From Polyangiaceae bacterium (lineage in GTDB: Bacteria; Myxococcota_A; Polyangia; Polyangiales; Polyangiaceae): a stretch of 64,000 bases of DNA. The translations under genes were made by a program, and so were the position numbers. Below the pieces are notes generated by a model. It was given only the letters and a program-made list of their open reading frames with translations. It searched no databases and was not told the origin of the DNA. Shown here piece by piece: positions 40,081 through 49,506 of the stretch. Position 1 is the first letter of the stretch, and each line of letters begins with the position of its first letter. The stretch is from assembly GCA_965222375.1 (NCBI GenBank), contig CBDCTZ010000016.1, positions 1,472,001-1,536,000 on the forward strand, read 5' to 3'.

Positions 40081-41141
40081 GGCTCCGCGCTCTGGGAGTG
40101 CTCGTGGTCGGCGCGTGCTCGGTGCCCACGGAACCGATCCCCTTCAACGCGCCGCCCGAAGAGGACTTTCGCTACGTCAGCAGCGCTCTCTCGGCACGCT
40201 GTGGGAGTTTGGATTGCCACGGTGGAACCGAGCGCAGCCTGCGATTGTATGGGCGATTCGGGCTTAGGCTCGACCCAGACGACGTACCCGGTGGAAGCCA
40301 AGACAGCGCCGAAGAGCACGCAGCCAACTACGCTTCCGTGCTCGCCCTCGAGCCCGAGCTGATGCACAAGGTGGTGCGCTCGGGCGGCCAGCAGCCCGAG
40401 CGGCTCACGCTGTTTCGAAAGGGCCGCGGTGTGGAGCGGCATGAGGGTGGGCGCGCCTTCGACGACGACACGGACACCTGTCTGACCTCCTGGGTAGCCG
40501 GCAATCTCGACCGAAAGACCTGCTTCGAGGCGTCGCGGGTCGATACACCACCGGGGTTCACGGGCACTGGGGGCGGCGGCACCGGCGGTGGAGGCACCGG
40601 TGGCGGCGGCACCGGTGGCGGCGGCACCGGTGGTTCGAGCGGCAGCGGCGGTGGTGGTACGGGCGGCACTAGTGGCACGGGTGGAGGAAACACCGGTGGG
40701 GGAGGGGGCGTGGTGTGCTTCGAGGGCGACTTCTGGCCCTGCACCTGGGACGCCGCCTGCAAGTCGGAAAAGCCGGCTCCCGCCGATCACATTGCCCTCG
40801 CGTACTCGGATTGCCTCAGCTGCCACAGCGTAGGCGGCGATGCGGGGTCGGCTCAGCCGTTCTTGCTCGCCGGTATCATTTGGGAGTGGGGCAAGGACTA
40901 CGGCAAGCCGGGCGTCGAGATCGGCGTGCGCGACGGGTCGCTCTTCTACTACACCTGCACGGATGACAACGGGTTCTTCTTCATTCGCGATACCGGCCAG
41001 CCAGCGCCAGAGTGGAAGAAGAGCAGCGTCCAAGTCCGCGGGGAGTTTGGGGGCAAGCCCATGTTTGAAGACGAAGAACCCGGCGCGTCCTGCAACGCTG
41101 CCAAATGTCACGGCGATATCAAGCACCGCGTGATGCTCTAG
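40077..41141 (+). CDS. Putative multiheme c-type cytochrome lipoprotein with Gly/Thr linker
   Basis: GTGA overlap; lipobox VGAC; CGSLDCH, CLSCH, CNAAKCH. Confidence 0.72.
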   Translation: MRLRALGVLVVGACSVPTEPIPFNAPPEEDFRYVSSALSARCGSLDCHGGTERSLRLYGRFGLRLDPDDVPGGSQDSAEEHAANYASVLALEPELMHKVVRSGGQQPERLTLFRKGRGVERHEGGRAFDDDTDTCLTSWVAGNLDRKTCFEASRVDTPPGFTGTGGGGTGGGGTGGGGTGGGGTGGSSGSGGGGTGGTSGTGGGNTGGGGGVVCFEGDFWPCTWDAACKSEKPAPADHIALAYSDCLSCHSVGGDAGSAQPFLLAGIIWEWGKDYGKPGVEIGVRDGSLFYYTCTDDNGFFFIRDTGQPAPEWKKSSVQVRGEFGGKPMFEDEEPGASCNAAKCHGDIKHRVML

Positions 41142-41144
41142 GCG

Positions 41145-41789
41145 GTGATGCGGCCTGCTCTCGTCATCTTCGACTGCGATGGGGTCTTGGTGGATACCGG
41201 GTCGGTGGATACCCGCGTTCTGAGCGAGGTTGTGACCGAGGCGGGGTGGCCGATGTCACCGGCGGAGGTGAACCGCCGCTTCAAGGGCATGGCTAGCGTG
41301 AAGATCTGGGAGCAGGTCGCTGTCCGGCTGGCCCGGGCGTTGCGCCCGGACATCGAGGAGAGTTTCCGCGAAAGACAGCTGGTCGCACTGGAAGGCGAGG
41401 TGCGGCCCGTCGCAGGCGTGGAAGCGCTTCTCGATGCGTTTCCGATCCTCTACTGCGTTGCGTCCAACGGTCCCCACCGAAAGATGGAGGCGACCTTGGG
41501 CGCGACCGGCCTGCTCGACCGCTTCGAAGGTCGCGTCTTCTCGAGAACGGAGGTTGCGCGGCCGAAACCAGCTCCGGATCTATTCCTTCACGTTGCCAGC
41601 GTCATGAACGCTGCGCCGGGCGCATGCTTGGTCGTCGAAGACAGCCCTTTGGGGATCGAGGCAGCCCGGGCTGCCTCGATGCGATCCCTCGGCTTCGCCG
41701 GGACGCGGACCGCGGATGCCGACGCCCTTGCCGCAGCCGGAGCCGACGGCGTCATTCAGCGAATTGGGGACGTGTTGAACTGGCTCTGA
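41145..41789 (+). CDS. HAD family hydrolase (YieH-like)
   Basis: IFDCDGVLVD, VASNG, KPAPDLFL, VVEDSPLG. Confidence 0.92.
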   Translation: MMRPALVIFDCDGVLVDTGSVDTRVLSEVVTEAGWPMSPAEVNRRFKGMASVKIWEQVAVRLARALRPDIEESFRERQLVALEGEVRPVAGVEALLDAFPILYCVASNGPHRKMEATLGATGLLDRFEGRVFSRTEVARPKPAPDLFLHVASVMNAAPGACLVVEDSPLGIEAARAASMRSLGFAGTRTADADALAAAGADGVIQRIGDVLNWL

Positions 41790-41934
41790 ACCGCGTGGCC
41801 CCCTGACGTGGCTTTCTGCGTCGGTGCTTGAGCGTGGCCCGTTGCGAGAATAGTGGCCCAACGCCGCCCAGTGCTCGACCCCCAAACCCAACAAGCAACC
41901 CGGGTGCATGTAGTCACCGAGCCGCCTCCAACAC

Positions 41935-41973
41935 AAAAAGAAAACGGCCGGGGAGCATGAAGCCACCCAGCCG
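41935..41973 (-). terminator. Intrinsic terminator downstream of the small EAP-repeat lipoprotein
   Basis: Minus strand cggctggg...cccggccg stem followed by ttttcttttt. Confidence 0.65.
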
Positions 41974-41996
41974 CGTTCCTAAGCTCAGAAGAGCTA

Positions 41997-42206
41997 TCAC
42001 TCGCCTTCGGCGGGAGCCTCGGCGGGAGCCTCGGGCTCCTCAGGTGCCTCGGGGGCTTCGGGCTCTTCGGGAGCCTCGGGAGCCTCGGGAGCCTCGGGAG
42101 CGGCCGCTGCCTCGGGGGCCTCAGCTTCGGGCATAGCCTCGCCGCCACAGGCGACAGCGAAGGCACACATCGGAACGGTCAGAGCGAGAGCGATGATCTT
42201 ACGCAT
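41997..42206 (-). CDS. Small acidic lipoprotein with (E/A)PE repeats
   Basis: GGAGAGGA SD; lipobox AVAC; APEAPEAPE repeats; own terminator. Confidence 0.75.
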   Translation of the reverse strand: MRKIIALALTVPMCAFAVACGGEAMPEAEAPEAAAAPEAPEAPEAPEEPEAPEAPEEPEAPAEAPAEGE

Positions 42207-42421
42207 TGGTCTAATTTCCTCCTCCGAGCCGACGGAAATTGAAAAGAAACGACCCGGAACGACTAGCCAGATGCCTGAAAAGCCAGGATCGGCTCAAGAA
42301 AAAAGCACGCCTTCGGATTAGCGCTGATATTTCAATTGTTTAGCGACACCGCCTCAGTGCCAGGCTAGAGTTTTGTTGCCCGGTTGAGCCAAAACGGGCC
42401 TCTACAGCGTCCATCCTGAGC

Positions 42422-43066
42422 ATGGTTCCCAAGCGCGCCACAGCCCCTCATCTACGCCTCGTGGGCGTGGAGACGGCAGCGCCCGCCAAAGAGGCGGGGC
42501 CCGCGGCCAAGCTCGGCGACGCAGAGCTGGTGGCCCTGGCCCGAGATGGGCACTCGGACGCCTTCGAGGTGCTGTATCGCCGCCACGCGGGCTTCGCGCT
42601 CAATCTGGGGATCCGGGTCCAGGGCAATGGCAACGACGTGGAAGACGTCGTGCACGACGCTTTCATTCGAGCGCACCACCGCCTCGGGGAGCTTCGGGAT
42701 GCGGGCTCCTTCAAGGCTTGGATCGGCTCGATCGTGGTTCGATTGGTGCGCTCTCGGCTGCGTCGGCGGCGGCTGGTGACCAGCTTGGGGCTCGGCGCTT
42801 CGGAGCCTGTCGACCTGGATGCCATCGCCGCTCCCGGAGCCAGCCCGGAAGCGCGCGCGCAGCTCGCCCAGATTTACGCACTGATGTGCACCATGCCTGC
42901 GGATGATCGCATTGCTTGGACTCTTCGCTACGTCGAGCATCACCGGCTCGAGTCCGTGGCAGATCTGACCGGGTGCTCCCTGGCGACCGTCAAACGTCGC
43001 ATTGCCCGCGCTCAGCGCTTCTTGAGTGAACACTTCGTCGCTCCCTACGCGGAGGACACACTATGA
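42422..43066 (+). CDS. ECF RNA polymerase sigma factor
   Basis: AFEVLYRRH, VEDVVHDAF, FKAWI, VADLTGCSLATVKRRIARA. Confidence 0.9.
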   Translation: MVPKRATAPHLRLVGVETAAPAKEAGPAAKLGDAELVALARDGHSDAFEVLYRRHAGFALNLGIRVQGNGNDVEDVVHDAFIRAHHRLGELRDAGSFKAWIGSIVVRLVRSRLRRRRLVTSLGLGASEPVDLDAIAAPGASPEARAQLAQIYALMCTMPADDRIAWTLRYVEHHRLESVADLTGCSLATVKRRIARAQRFLSEHFVAPYAEDTL

Positions 43067-44079
43067 GTAAGTCAACGAAACTTCCCGAAATCGACGAGAG
43101 CGCGCTCCGGGATCACGGGACCGAAGAACGCATTGATCGGATCTGGGCCAAGATGGAGCCCGAGATCCAGCAGCGCCCGACTCTTTCGCGTGGTGCGCTG
43201 TGGTGGGCACCGGCCGCTATGGTCATCGTCTTCGGAGCTGGCGTGTTCGTCGGTGCGCGTTGGATGCGCCCGACGCCTCCACCATCACCAGCTTTGGCCG
43301 CGGAGCCTCCGGCTCGGGGAGACGAACCCCGCGCAGTGCCGGCTTCTCCGACCCAGGTCACGCCTGAGACTGCGTTGACGAGCAAGCGCAGCACAGTGCC
43401 AGTGCGCCGCACGCCGCCCAAGCTCGAAACCCCGGCGGAAGAGCAGCTCGAGGTCGTGGAGCCTACCTCTTCGCCGCCGACTGCCTCCCTGCCGCTCGCC
43501 GCCGGTCCGCCGGAGTGGCAGCGTCAGGCGCAGCAGGGCGAATACGCCGCTGCCAACCGAGCCCTCAAGGCTCTGGGTGGTTTTGACGCCGTGCTGCGGA
43601 GCTCCACCGCGGAGCAGCTGATGAGCCTTGTGGATGTGGCTCGCGCTACTGGGCAGCGCGGTCGCGCGGTGGCCGCACTGCGCCGCGTGGTGGAGCAATT
43701 CCCCGGGGATCCCAACGCACCCTTGGCGGCGTGGACCTTGGCAAACCTGCTCGAGCGCTCCGGGGACAAGGCGGGCGCACAAAAGGCGTTCGCAGCGTAT
43801 CGAGCCTTGTCTCCAAAGGGCGACTTCGCGGAAGATGCGCTCGCGCGCCAGGTCGAAGCTACCCTGGAGCAAGGCAACCTGGAACTCGCCAAGAAGCTCG
43901 CGGCCCAGTATGAGAAGGACTTCCCTAAGGGGCGCAGGCTCCGTGAGCTCAAAGCAGAGCTCGCCCGGAAGACCGGCGCCGCGGCCGAAGAAGAGCTCGA
44001 TGGCGGAGCCAAGCCCGCGGTCGAGACTCCCAGTGGCGAACCCGAGGAAGAGGCGCCGACTCCTTCCCCTGGGCACTAG
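43063..44079 (+). CDS. Probable transmembrane anti-sigma factor with TPR domain
   Basis: ATGA overlap with sigma; single TM; Pro linker; TPR helices (VEQFPGDPNAPLA, YEKDFPKGR). Confidence 0.7.
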   Translation: MSKSTKLPEIDESALRDHGTEERIDRIWAKMEPEIQQRPTLSRGALWWAPAAMVIVFGAGVFVGARWMRPTPPPSPALAAEPPARGDEPRAVPASPTQVTPETALTSKRSTVPVRRTPPKLETPAEEQLEVVEPTSSPPTASLPLAAGPPEWQRQAQQGEYAAANRALKALGGFDAVLRSSTAEQLMSLVDVARATGQRGRAVAALRRVVEQFPGDPNAPLAAWTLANLLERSGDKAGAQKAFAAYRALSPKGDFAEDALARQVEATLEQGNLELAKKLAAQYEKDFPKGRRLRELKAELARKTGAAAEEELDGGAKPAVETPSGEPEEEAPTPSPGH

Positions 44080-45019
44080 CGCGGCGCTGCTCACCGCTGC
44101 GTGGTCGGCACAGGCCACGCCGCCCAAGGTCGTGGTCGAGATCACGCCAAAGGCACAAAAGCGACTGGATGCGGAGCTGGCGCGCCGGCTGATCAAGATC
44201 GAGCTGGGTGACATCGATGTGCCGCCACGATCCACCGATCCCTATCCGCAAGCGATGAGTACGGTGTTCTTTCGGGTGCTGGTTCCGGCCCCGGATCGAT
44301 TGCATGTGGAACTCTGGGATCGCGGTGACTTCTACGGGGCGCGCAGGGTCAGCGTGACGGGAAGCGCGCGACTGCGCTCGCGGCGGATCGCCCTGGGGGC
44401 GGCAGAACTCGCCCGGCGCTTGCGACAGCGTCGCGTGGCCCACGCACGGCGCATCGAGCAGGACGAGCAGCGCGCGCTCGCCGCCGAACAAAAGGCAGAA
44501 CGCGAGCGACGGCTGCAGGGTGTGACGCTGACGGGGGGTGCCAAGGGTGCCTACGTGAGCAGTGCCGGTTGGCTCGCTGGCCCGGTATTGTCTGGCGGCC
44601 ATCGCTTTGTCGGCGGTTCGCGCGTGGCTCTCTCCCTCGCGGCGTACACTGGACAGGCCAGTGACATCGAGGTTGCTCCTGGCTGGCGCTGGTTGGAAGT
44701 GGGACTACGGGGCGGCCACGGCTTCCGAGTCGGCGAGCAGACCGACCTCACTTTGGGCGCGGAGGTCGCGGCTGCCGCTGTGCGCGTGACCGAAGTTCCA
44801 AGCGTGGATGACGTGAGTGGCCAGTCCGATACTTGGTCGGCACGGGCGGGGCTGAATCTGCGCTTGGAGCAACGGGTGGGGTCCAAGGCGTTCCTCGCCG
44901 CGGGGCCGGACGTTGGGGTGGTGCTTCGCCCAGTGCCCGTGTTGGACACGGTCGGCGACAAGCAGAGCTTGGGTGGCATTTGGCTCGGGCTTGGGGCCGA
45001 GCTTGCGCTTTCGCCTTGA
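44033..45019 (+). CDS. Secreted/outer-membrane protein with C-terminal beta-strand domain
   Basis: Signal-like AAWSAQA; amphipathic strands ending WLGLGAELALSP; start uncertain. Confidence 0.55.
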   Translation: MANPRKRRRLLPLGTSAALLTAAWSAQATPPKVVVEITPKAQKRLDAELARRLIKIELGDIDVPPRSTDPYPQAMSTVFFRVLVPAPDRLHVELWDRGDFYGARRVSVTGSARLRSRRIALGAAELARRLRQRRVAHARRIEQDEQRALAAEQKAERERRLQGVTLTGGAKGAYVSSAGWLAGPVLSGGHRFVGGSRVALSLAAYTGQASDIEVAPGWRWLEVGLRGGHGFRVGEQTDLTLGAEVAAAAVRVTEVPSVDDVSGQSDTWSARAGLNLRLEQRVGSKAFLAAGPDVGVVLRPVPVLDTVGDKQSLGGIWLGLGAELALSP

Positions 45020-45065
45020 GTGGCGCCAGGCTCGCGGGGTCATCGTCCCGGACAGCTGATCTTGC

Positions 45066-45332
45066 TCACCCGGCGTGGGTCACACGCGCGCGGTGCTTAC
45101 GAGACAGGTTGATGAAACGTCCCTCTACTCTAAACGGGCGCTGCGGGTCGGTGTCCGTGCGCTTGCTGCCGCGCACTTTGACTTCGTAGCGCAGACCTTC
45201 GCCCTGTAATTCGCCGCGCAGGGTCGAGCCCGGTGGAAACGCACGGCTGGAGTGCAGGCTGACGAAGTTGCCGTCAGTCGTTTCGATACTGGCGCTCCCA
45301 TCGCCATCGAGATCAAACAGCAGCGGGCTCAC
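45066..45332 (-). CDS. Small hypothetical protein (PilZ-like beta fold possible)
   Basis: GTG overlapping the smpB stop; SSRAFPPGS, YEVKVRGS, FRVEGRFINL. Confidence 0.55.
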   Translation of the reverse strand: MSPLLFDLDGDGSASIETTDGNFVSLHSSRAFPPGSTLRGELQGEGLRYEVKVRGSKRTDTDPQRPFRVEGRFINLSRKHRARVTHAG

Positions 45333-45811
45333 TGGTCTCGACCCCGGCGGATCGCTGCTCGTGCTTCCCGAGCTGACTCTCGAGCCTTGATCGTATGGCG
45401 CTTGTCGTGTTGCTTCTTGCCGCGCCCGACGCTGATCTCGACCTTGGCGCGGCTGTTCTTGAAGTAGCACTTGGTCGCAATCAGCGTGAGCCCGTCACGT
45501 TCGACGCGGCCGCGCAGATTGTCGATCTGCGCCCGGTGCAGGAGAAGCTTGCGGTGGCGCTTCTCTTCATGGGCGAAGGCGGCATTTTTCAACATCGGGA
45601 TGCGCATTCCTTTGAGCCACGCCTCATTGCGGTTGAAGTCGACCCAGGCGTCGCTCAAGTCTGCGCCGAACTCGCGAAGCGCGCGGACTTCGCTGCCGAT
45701 CAGCATCAAGCCTGCTTCGGTCGGATCCGACAGGAAGTAGTCGTAGCGGGCGCGTCGGTTGGTTGCGACCACCCGATCCCCGAACACTTTCTTGTCGGCC
45801 TTCTTCGCCAT
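45329..45811 (-). CDS. smpB: SsrA-binding protein SmpB
   Basis: ATNRRARYDY, EAGLML.GSEVRALR, RKLLLHR, GRGKKQHDKR. Confidence 0.95.
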   Translation of the reverse strand: MAKKADKKVFGDRVVATNRRARYDYFLSDPTEAGLMLIGSEVRALREFGADLSDAWVDFNRNEAWLKGMRIPMLKNAAFAHEEKRHRKLLLHRAQIDNLRGRVERDGLTLIATKCYFKNSRAKVEISVGRGKKQHDKRHTIKARESAREARAAIRRGRDQ

Positions 45812-45990
45812 TTTCGAAGCGGGATTACGCGGTTTGCGATGTGCTTGGCAAGGTGATCCACTGGGCCGCGGTACGCTCGGCCCGACCATCGGTTGGCTCC
45901 AGCAGCCCAAGATCGACCGGGATCTCACCCAAAAAGCGTGGAAAAGGCGTTTCCGCTCAGAGTGGAACGCCGGTTGCACTTCCCCGGGGA

Positions 45991-47607
45991 ATGAGACGCT
46001 CAATTCTATGCTTGATCGCTCTCGGGAGCGTTCTGGTCATGGCCTGCGCGACGGCAGAGTCGCCTCCGCTAGGTGGCCAGCAGCACTTGGACAGATGCGG
46101 ACCTTCGGACCAAGCCTGTGACTCCGAGTGTGTGAACTTCGGCTTGGATCCGGCCAATTGCGGCGGCTGCGGCATCCAGTGTGCGGCGGGCGAAGTTTGC
46201 TCTGCTGGGAGTTGCGGCACGTCGTGTTGGGGCAACGAGAGCATCTGCGATGGCCGGTGCACCTCATTGGCTACAGACTCCGAAAACTGCGGGGCGTGCG
46301 GCAATGCATGCCCGCAGGGCCAGCTTTGCTCTGAGGGCAGCTGTGGTCTCGAGTGCAACGGCACGTCGAAGAAGTGCGGGGACAGCTGCGCAGATCTCCG
46401 AAACGACACGGCAAACTGCGGCAGCTGCGGCTTCATCTGTGCGGTTGGGGAACAGTGCGTGACCGGAGAGTGCACGCCGGTGTGCAGCGGCGAGTTCACC
46501 AATTGCGGTGGGAGCTGTGTGGACACTCAGACAAACCCGTCTCATTGCGGCGCCTGCGGCGTGACCTGCACCGAGAGTGAGGCGTGCGTGGGCGGCAGCT
46601 GCGTCTCGTTGGGCCAGGGTGGCGCTAGCGGAACGGGTGGCGCCGCGGGCAGCGCTGGGGCCGGAGCAACGGGTGGCAGCGGCGCGGCTGGAGCAGGAGC
46701 GACGGGTGGCGGCGGAGCGGGTGGCGCAGGGGCGACGGGTGGCGGCGGCGCGGCTGGAGCAGGAGCGACCGGTGGTACTGGTGGCACCACGGCTTGCACA
46801 CGTACGAACCACGCGACCGGCGCGGCCGTCAGTGCCTCGAGCACCTTGACGGGGCACAAACTCAGTGCGGTCAACGATGGCGTTGCCAACACCGCCCTGG
46901 GGCCAAACACCACCTGGGCCAGTGGTTCGGGTCAGAGCATGCCGCAATGGGTCGAACTTCAATGGAGCAAGCCAGAGCTGATTGGTCGAATCGACGTTGC
47001 GATGCCCAAATACGGTGAAATGCCGGACTTCGACATCTTGGTCCACGATGGGACGACATTCGTGGCCGTCGCGCAGATCCGAAACAACTATGCGCAAGTC
47101 GTTTCAGCCACATTCACCAACCGCACCACAACTCGGGTGCGCATCAAAGCGCTCAAGGCGGCCGCGACGACCGGTCGCGCCTACATCAACGAGGTGAGCA
47201 TCTTTTCCAATCAAGCACGAGATGCCACGCCGAGCGCTCAATCCACCTTCGCCGGCTATTCCGTCACGGCCCCGATTGACGGCAACCGCAATACGGCGCT
47301 CGGCAACGCCTACAGCTGGACCAATACCGACAGCCTGGCGCAGTGGTACCAACTGGACTTCGGCGAGTGTCGACGCTTCGACCGAGTCGTGCTGTTCACC
47401 ACAGCGAGCTATCCGATCTCAGACTACGACATTCAATACTGGGACGGCAGCAGCTGGAAGACGGCCAAATCCGTGACCGGCAACACGGCACCCGCCGTGG
47501 GGAGCGTGTTTGGCGAAGTCAGCGCAACCAAGATGCGCATCTTGGCAAAGAAGGGGCCGAGTAAGCAGACGAAGCACGCGCGCCTGAACGAGGTCGAGGT
47601 GTACTGA
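45991..47607 (+). CDS. Lipoprotein with Cys-rich (Stig1-like) repeats, Gly linker and two discoidin/F5-8-like domains
   Basis: Lipobox VMAC; four D..NCG.CG..C..G..C..G.C units; PQWVELQW and QWYQLDFG...EVEVY. Confidence 0.82.
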   Translation: MRRSILCLIALGSVLVMACATAESPPLGGQQHLDRCGPSDQACDSECVNFGLDPANCGGCGIQCAAGEVCSAGSCGTSCWGNESICDGRCTSLATDSENCGACGNACPQGQLCSEGSCGLECNGTSKKCGDSCADLRNDTANCGSCGFICAVGEQCVTGECTPVCSGEFTNCGGSCVDTQTNPSHCGACGVTCTESEACVGGSCVSLGQGGASGTGGAAGSAGAGATGGSGAAGAGATGGGGAGGAGATGGGGAAGAGATGGTGGTTACTRTNHATGAAVSASSTLTGHKLSAVNDGVANTALGPNTTWASGSGQSMPQWVELQWSKPELIGRIDVAMPKYGEMPDFDILVHDGTTFVAVAQIRNNYAQVVSATFTNRTTTRVRIKALKAAATTGRAYINEVSIFSNQARDATPSAQSTFAGYSVTAPIDGNRNTALGNAYSWTNTDSLAQWYQLDFGECRRFDRVVLFTTASYPISDYDIQYWDGSSWKTAKSVTGNTAPAVGSVFGEVSATKMRILAKKGPSKQTKHARLNEVEVY

Positions 47608-47702
47608 CCGTGCCGGGATTGCGGCGACGCCGCCGTTGCCCGGCGCCGGCTCCTACCGTGCCGCTGGTTGTGCAACCGGAACCATCGTGAGAGCCTCAAT
47701 TC

Positions 47703-48620
47703 ATGCGCATCGCCGTTCGGCTCGTGTCGTGCTTCGTCGTGTGCGCCACCCTGGCGTGTAACAAGAAGCCCAATGCAGCGCCGGAAGTCACTGCCGAGGA
47801 CCGAAGCGCCACCGGTGCCGCTGTTGTAGAAAGCCCTAGCTCCACCCCGAGCGCAGCGTCGCCCGCCGTGAACGCAGCCGCTCCGCCAAAGACCCAACCG
47901 GGCGCCGCTCCGAGCGCCAGCGCAAAGCCCCGGCCGTCCATCATTGTCAAAGTCCTACCTCCGCCAACCCCAGTGACTGGGCCGCCGACCGGCGACGTGA
48001 TCCGTGGCAAGCGCCCGGCCGGCTTTGCGCTGCTCCGAAAGGCGACCTTGCTCGAGGTGTCCGAGCAGTGGAACGGGATGGGCCCAACTCGTCATGTCGT
48101 CATCCGATTGGAGCGTAAAGGCGCGCGCTTCATCTATCAGGCCAAGGTCACGCCCATGGCCGGCGGGCTCGGAGAGCGGATCCCCGACCCGACCGCACCC
48201 AAAGGCGAATCGCCGCCGTGTGTTTGCGCCGTGGACAAGAGCTGTGCGTGCGAATACGCGCGCAATCCAACGCGCAAATCAGGCAGCGTCCCCAAGGCAG
48301 CCGTCGAGAACTTTCTTGGCGTCGTGGCCGCCTACGCAATCGACCCGGACTACACGGACGAGCGCCGCCGCCGCTGGACCGACGACTACCCCAAAGGCCA
48401 TGTCGCTGTTTGGATCCCCGGCCGCAAAGCCCCCATCCATCTCTCCTTCCTGGATCAACGGCGTCGCTGGCGCGCCGACGGCAAGTATCTCAAGTCCGAA
48501 CCCCCCGCTAAAATCCGCCGCACCAGCCATCCCCGCATCAACAAGGCGTTTCGGAAGATGTTGGACGACATCGGCCTCGAGAAGTGGACCGCGAATTACC
48601 GCGGTAGGAAGGGGCTTTGA
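47703..48620 (+). CDS. Hypothetical lipoprotein
   Basis: Lipobox TLAC; Pro/Ala linker; globular C-terminus. Confidence 0.65.
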   Translation: MRIAVRLVSCFVVCATLACNKKPNAAPEVTAEDRSATGAAVVESPSSTPSAASPAVNAAAPPKTQPGAAPSASAKPRPSIIVKVLPPPTPVTGPPTGDVIRGKRPAGFALLRKATLLEVSEQWNGMGPTRHVVIRLERKGARFIYQAKVTPMAGGLGERIPDPTAPKGESPPCVCAVDKSCACEYARNPTRKSGSVPKAAVENFLGVVAAYAIDPDYTDERRRRWTDDYPKGHVAVWIPGRKAPIHLSFLDQRRRWRADGKYLKSEPPAKIRRTSHPRINKAFRKMLDDIGLEKWTANYRGRKGL

Positions 48621-48714
48621 TTCCGCCAACAACTCGGCCGCGCACTGCTCGGGTTGTGTTGCGTCTCGATGGACGGTGGTGGCGTTCAGTTTGCCTGCCG
48701 CTGAGCGCGGTGCT

Positions 48715-49506
48715 TCACGCCCAGCGGCGGCGACGCTTGTAGCGCCTGAATCCCTTGATCGAGTCCGCCTGCTTGATGCCGAGATAGAACTCCCGCACGT
48801 CAGGGTTTTCTTCCAGCTCCGCCGACGTGCCACTCAGCACGACCCGGCCCGCCTCGAGAATGTAGGCGTGCTCCGTAAAGGACAGCGCAATCTGCGCATT
48901 TTGCTCTACCAGCAGAATGGCGATGCCTTCGTCGGCCAGCTCCCGCAAGATCTCGAAAATCTCCTGCACGACGAGGGGCGCCAGCCCCAGGGACGGTTCA
49001 TCGAGCAACAGCACCCGCGGGCGGCTCATCAGCGCCCGTCCGATCGCCAGCATTTGCTGTTCGCCGCCGCTGAGGGTTCCCGCTAGTTGAGCGTGACGCT
49101 CCCGCAGCCGGGAGAAGCGCCCGAAGACGCGCTCGAGACTCTCGGGGATGCTGCTCGCGGGCTCCACCCAGGCGCCCATCACCAGGTTCTCGCGAACCGT
49201 GAGATCCGGAAACACTTCACGCCCTTCGGGCACGCACGCAACCCCATGTTGAACCCGTCGCCCGGTGTCCCAGTCGTCGATGCGAGCGCCGTCCACGATC
49301 ACTTCGCCGCGCTCTGGCTGATCATCGATCAGGCCCATCACCGTCCGGATCAGGGTACTCTTGCCGGCGCCATTGGGACCGAGCACCGCCACTCGGCCTC
49401 CCGCTTCGAGCTCGACGGTCACTCCCCGGAGCACCTGGACGTACTTGTTGTAGAAGACCTCCAGGTTCTTGCAGACGAGCAGCGCGGGCTCGGAGTTGCC
49501 ACTCAC
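48715..49506 (-). CDS. LIV-type ABC transporter ATP-binding protein (LivF-like)
   Basis: GPNGAGKST, VPEGREVF, LSGGEQQMLAIGRALM, LLDEPSLGLAP. Confidence 0.92.
   Translation of the reverse strand: MSGNSEPALLVCKNLEVFYNKYVQVLRGVTVELEAGGRVAVLGPNGAGKSTLIRTVMGLIDDQPERGEVIVDGARIDDWDTGRRVQHGVACVPEGREVFPDLTVRENLVMGAWVEPASSIPESLERVFGRFSRLRERHAQLAGTLSGGEQQMLAIGRALMSRPRVLLLDEPSLGLAPLVVQEIFEILRELADEGIAILLVEQNAQIALSFTEHAYILEAGRVVLSGTSAELEENPDVREFYLGIKQADSIKGFRRYKRRRRWA

Noticed and set aside
40560..40710. GGC/ACC-rich tandem repeats (also 46615-46790)
   Set aside because: In-frame Gly/Thr/Ala linkers of lipoproteins, not independent elements.
45329..45990. tmRNA gene near smpB
   Set aside because: No tRNA-Ala-like ends (GGGG...TCCACCA) found in the adjacent intergenic DNA.
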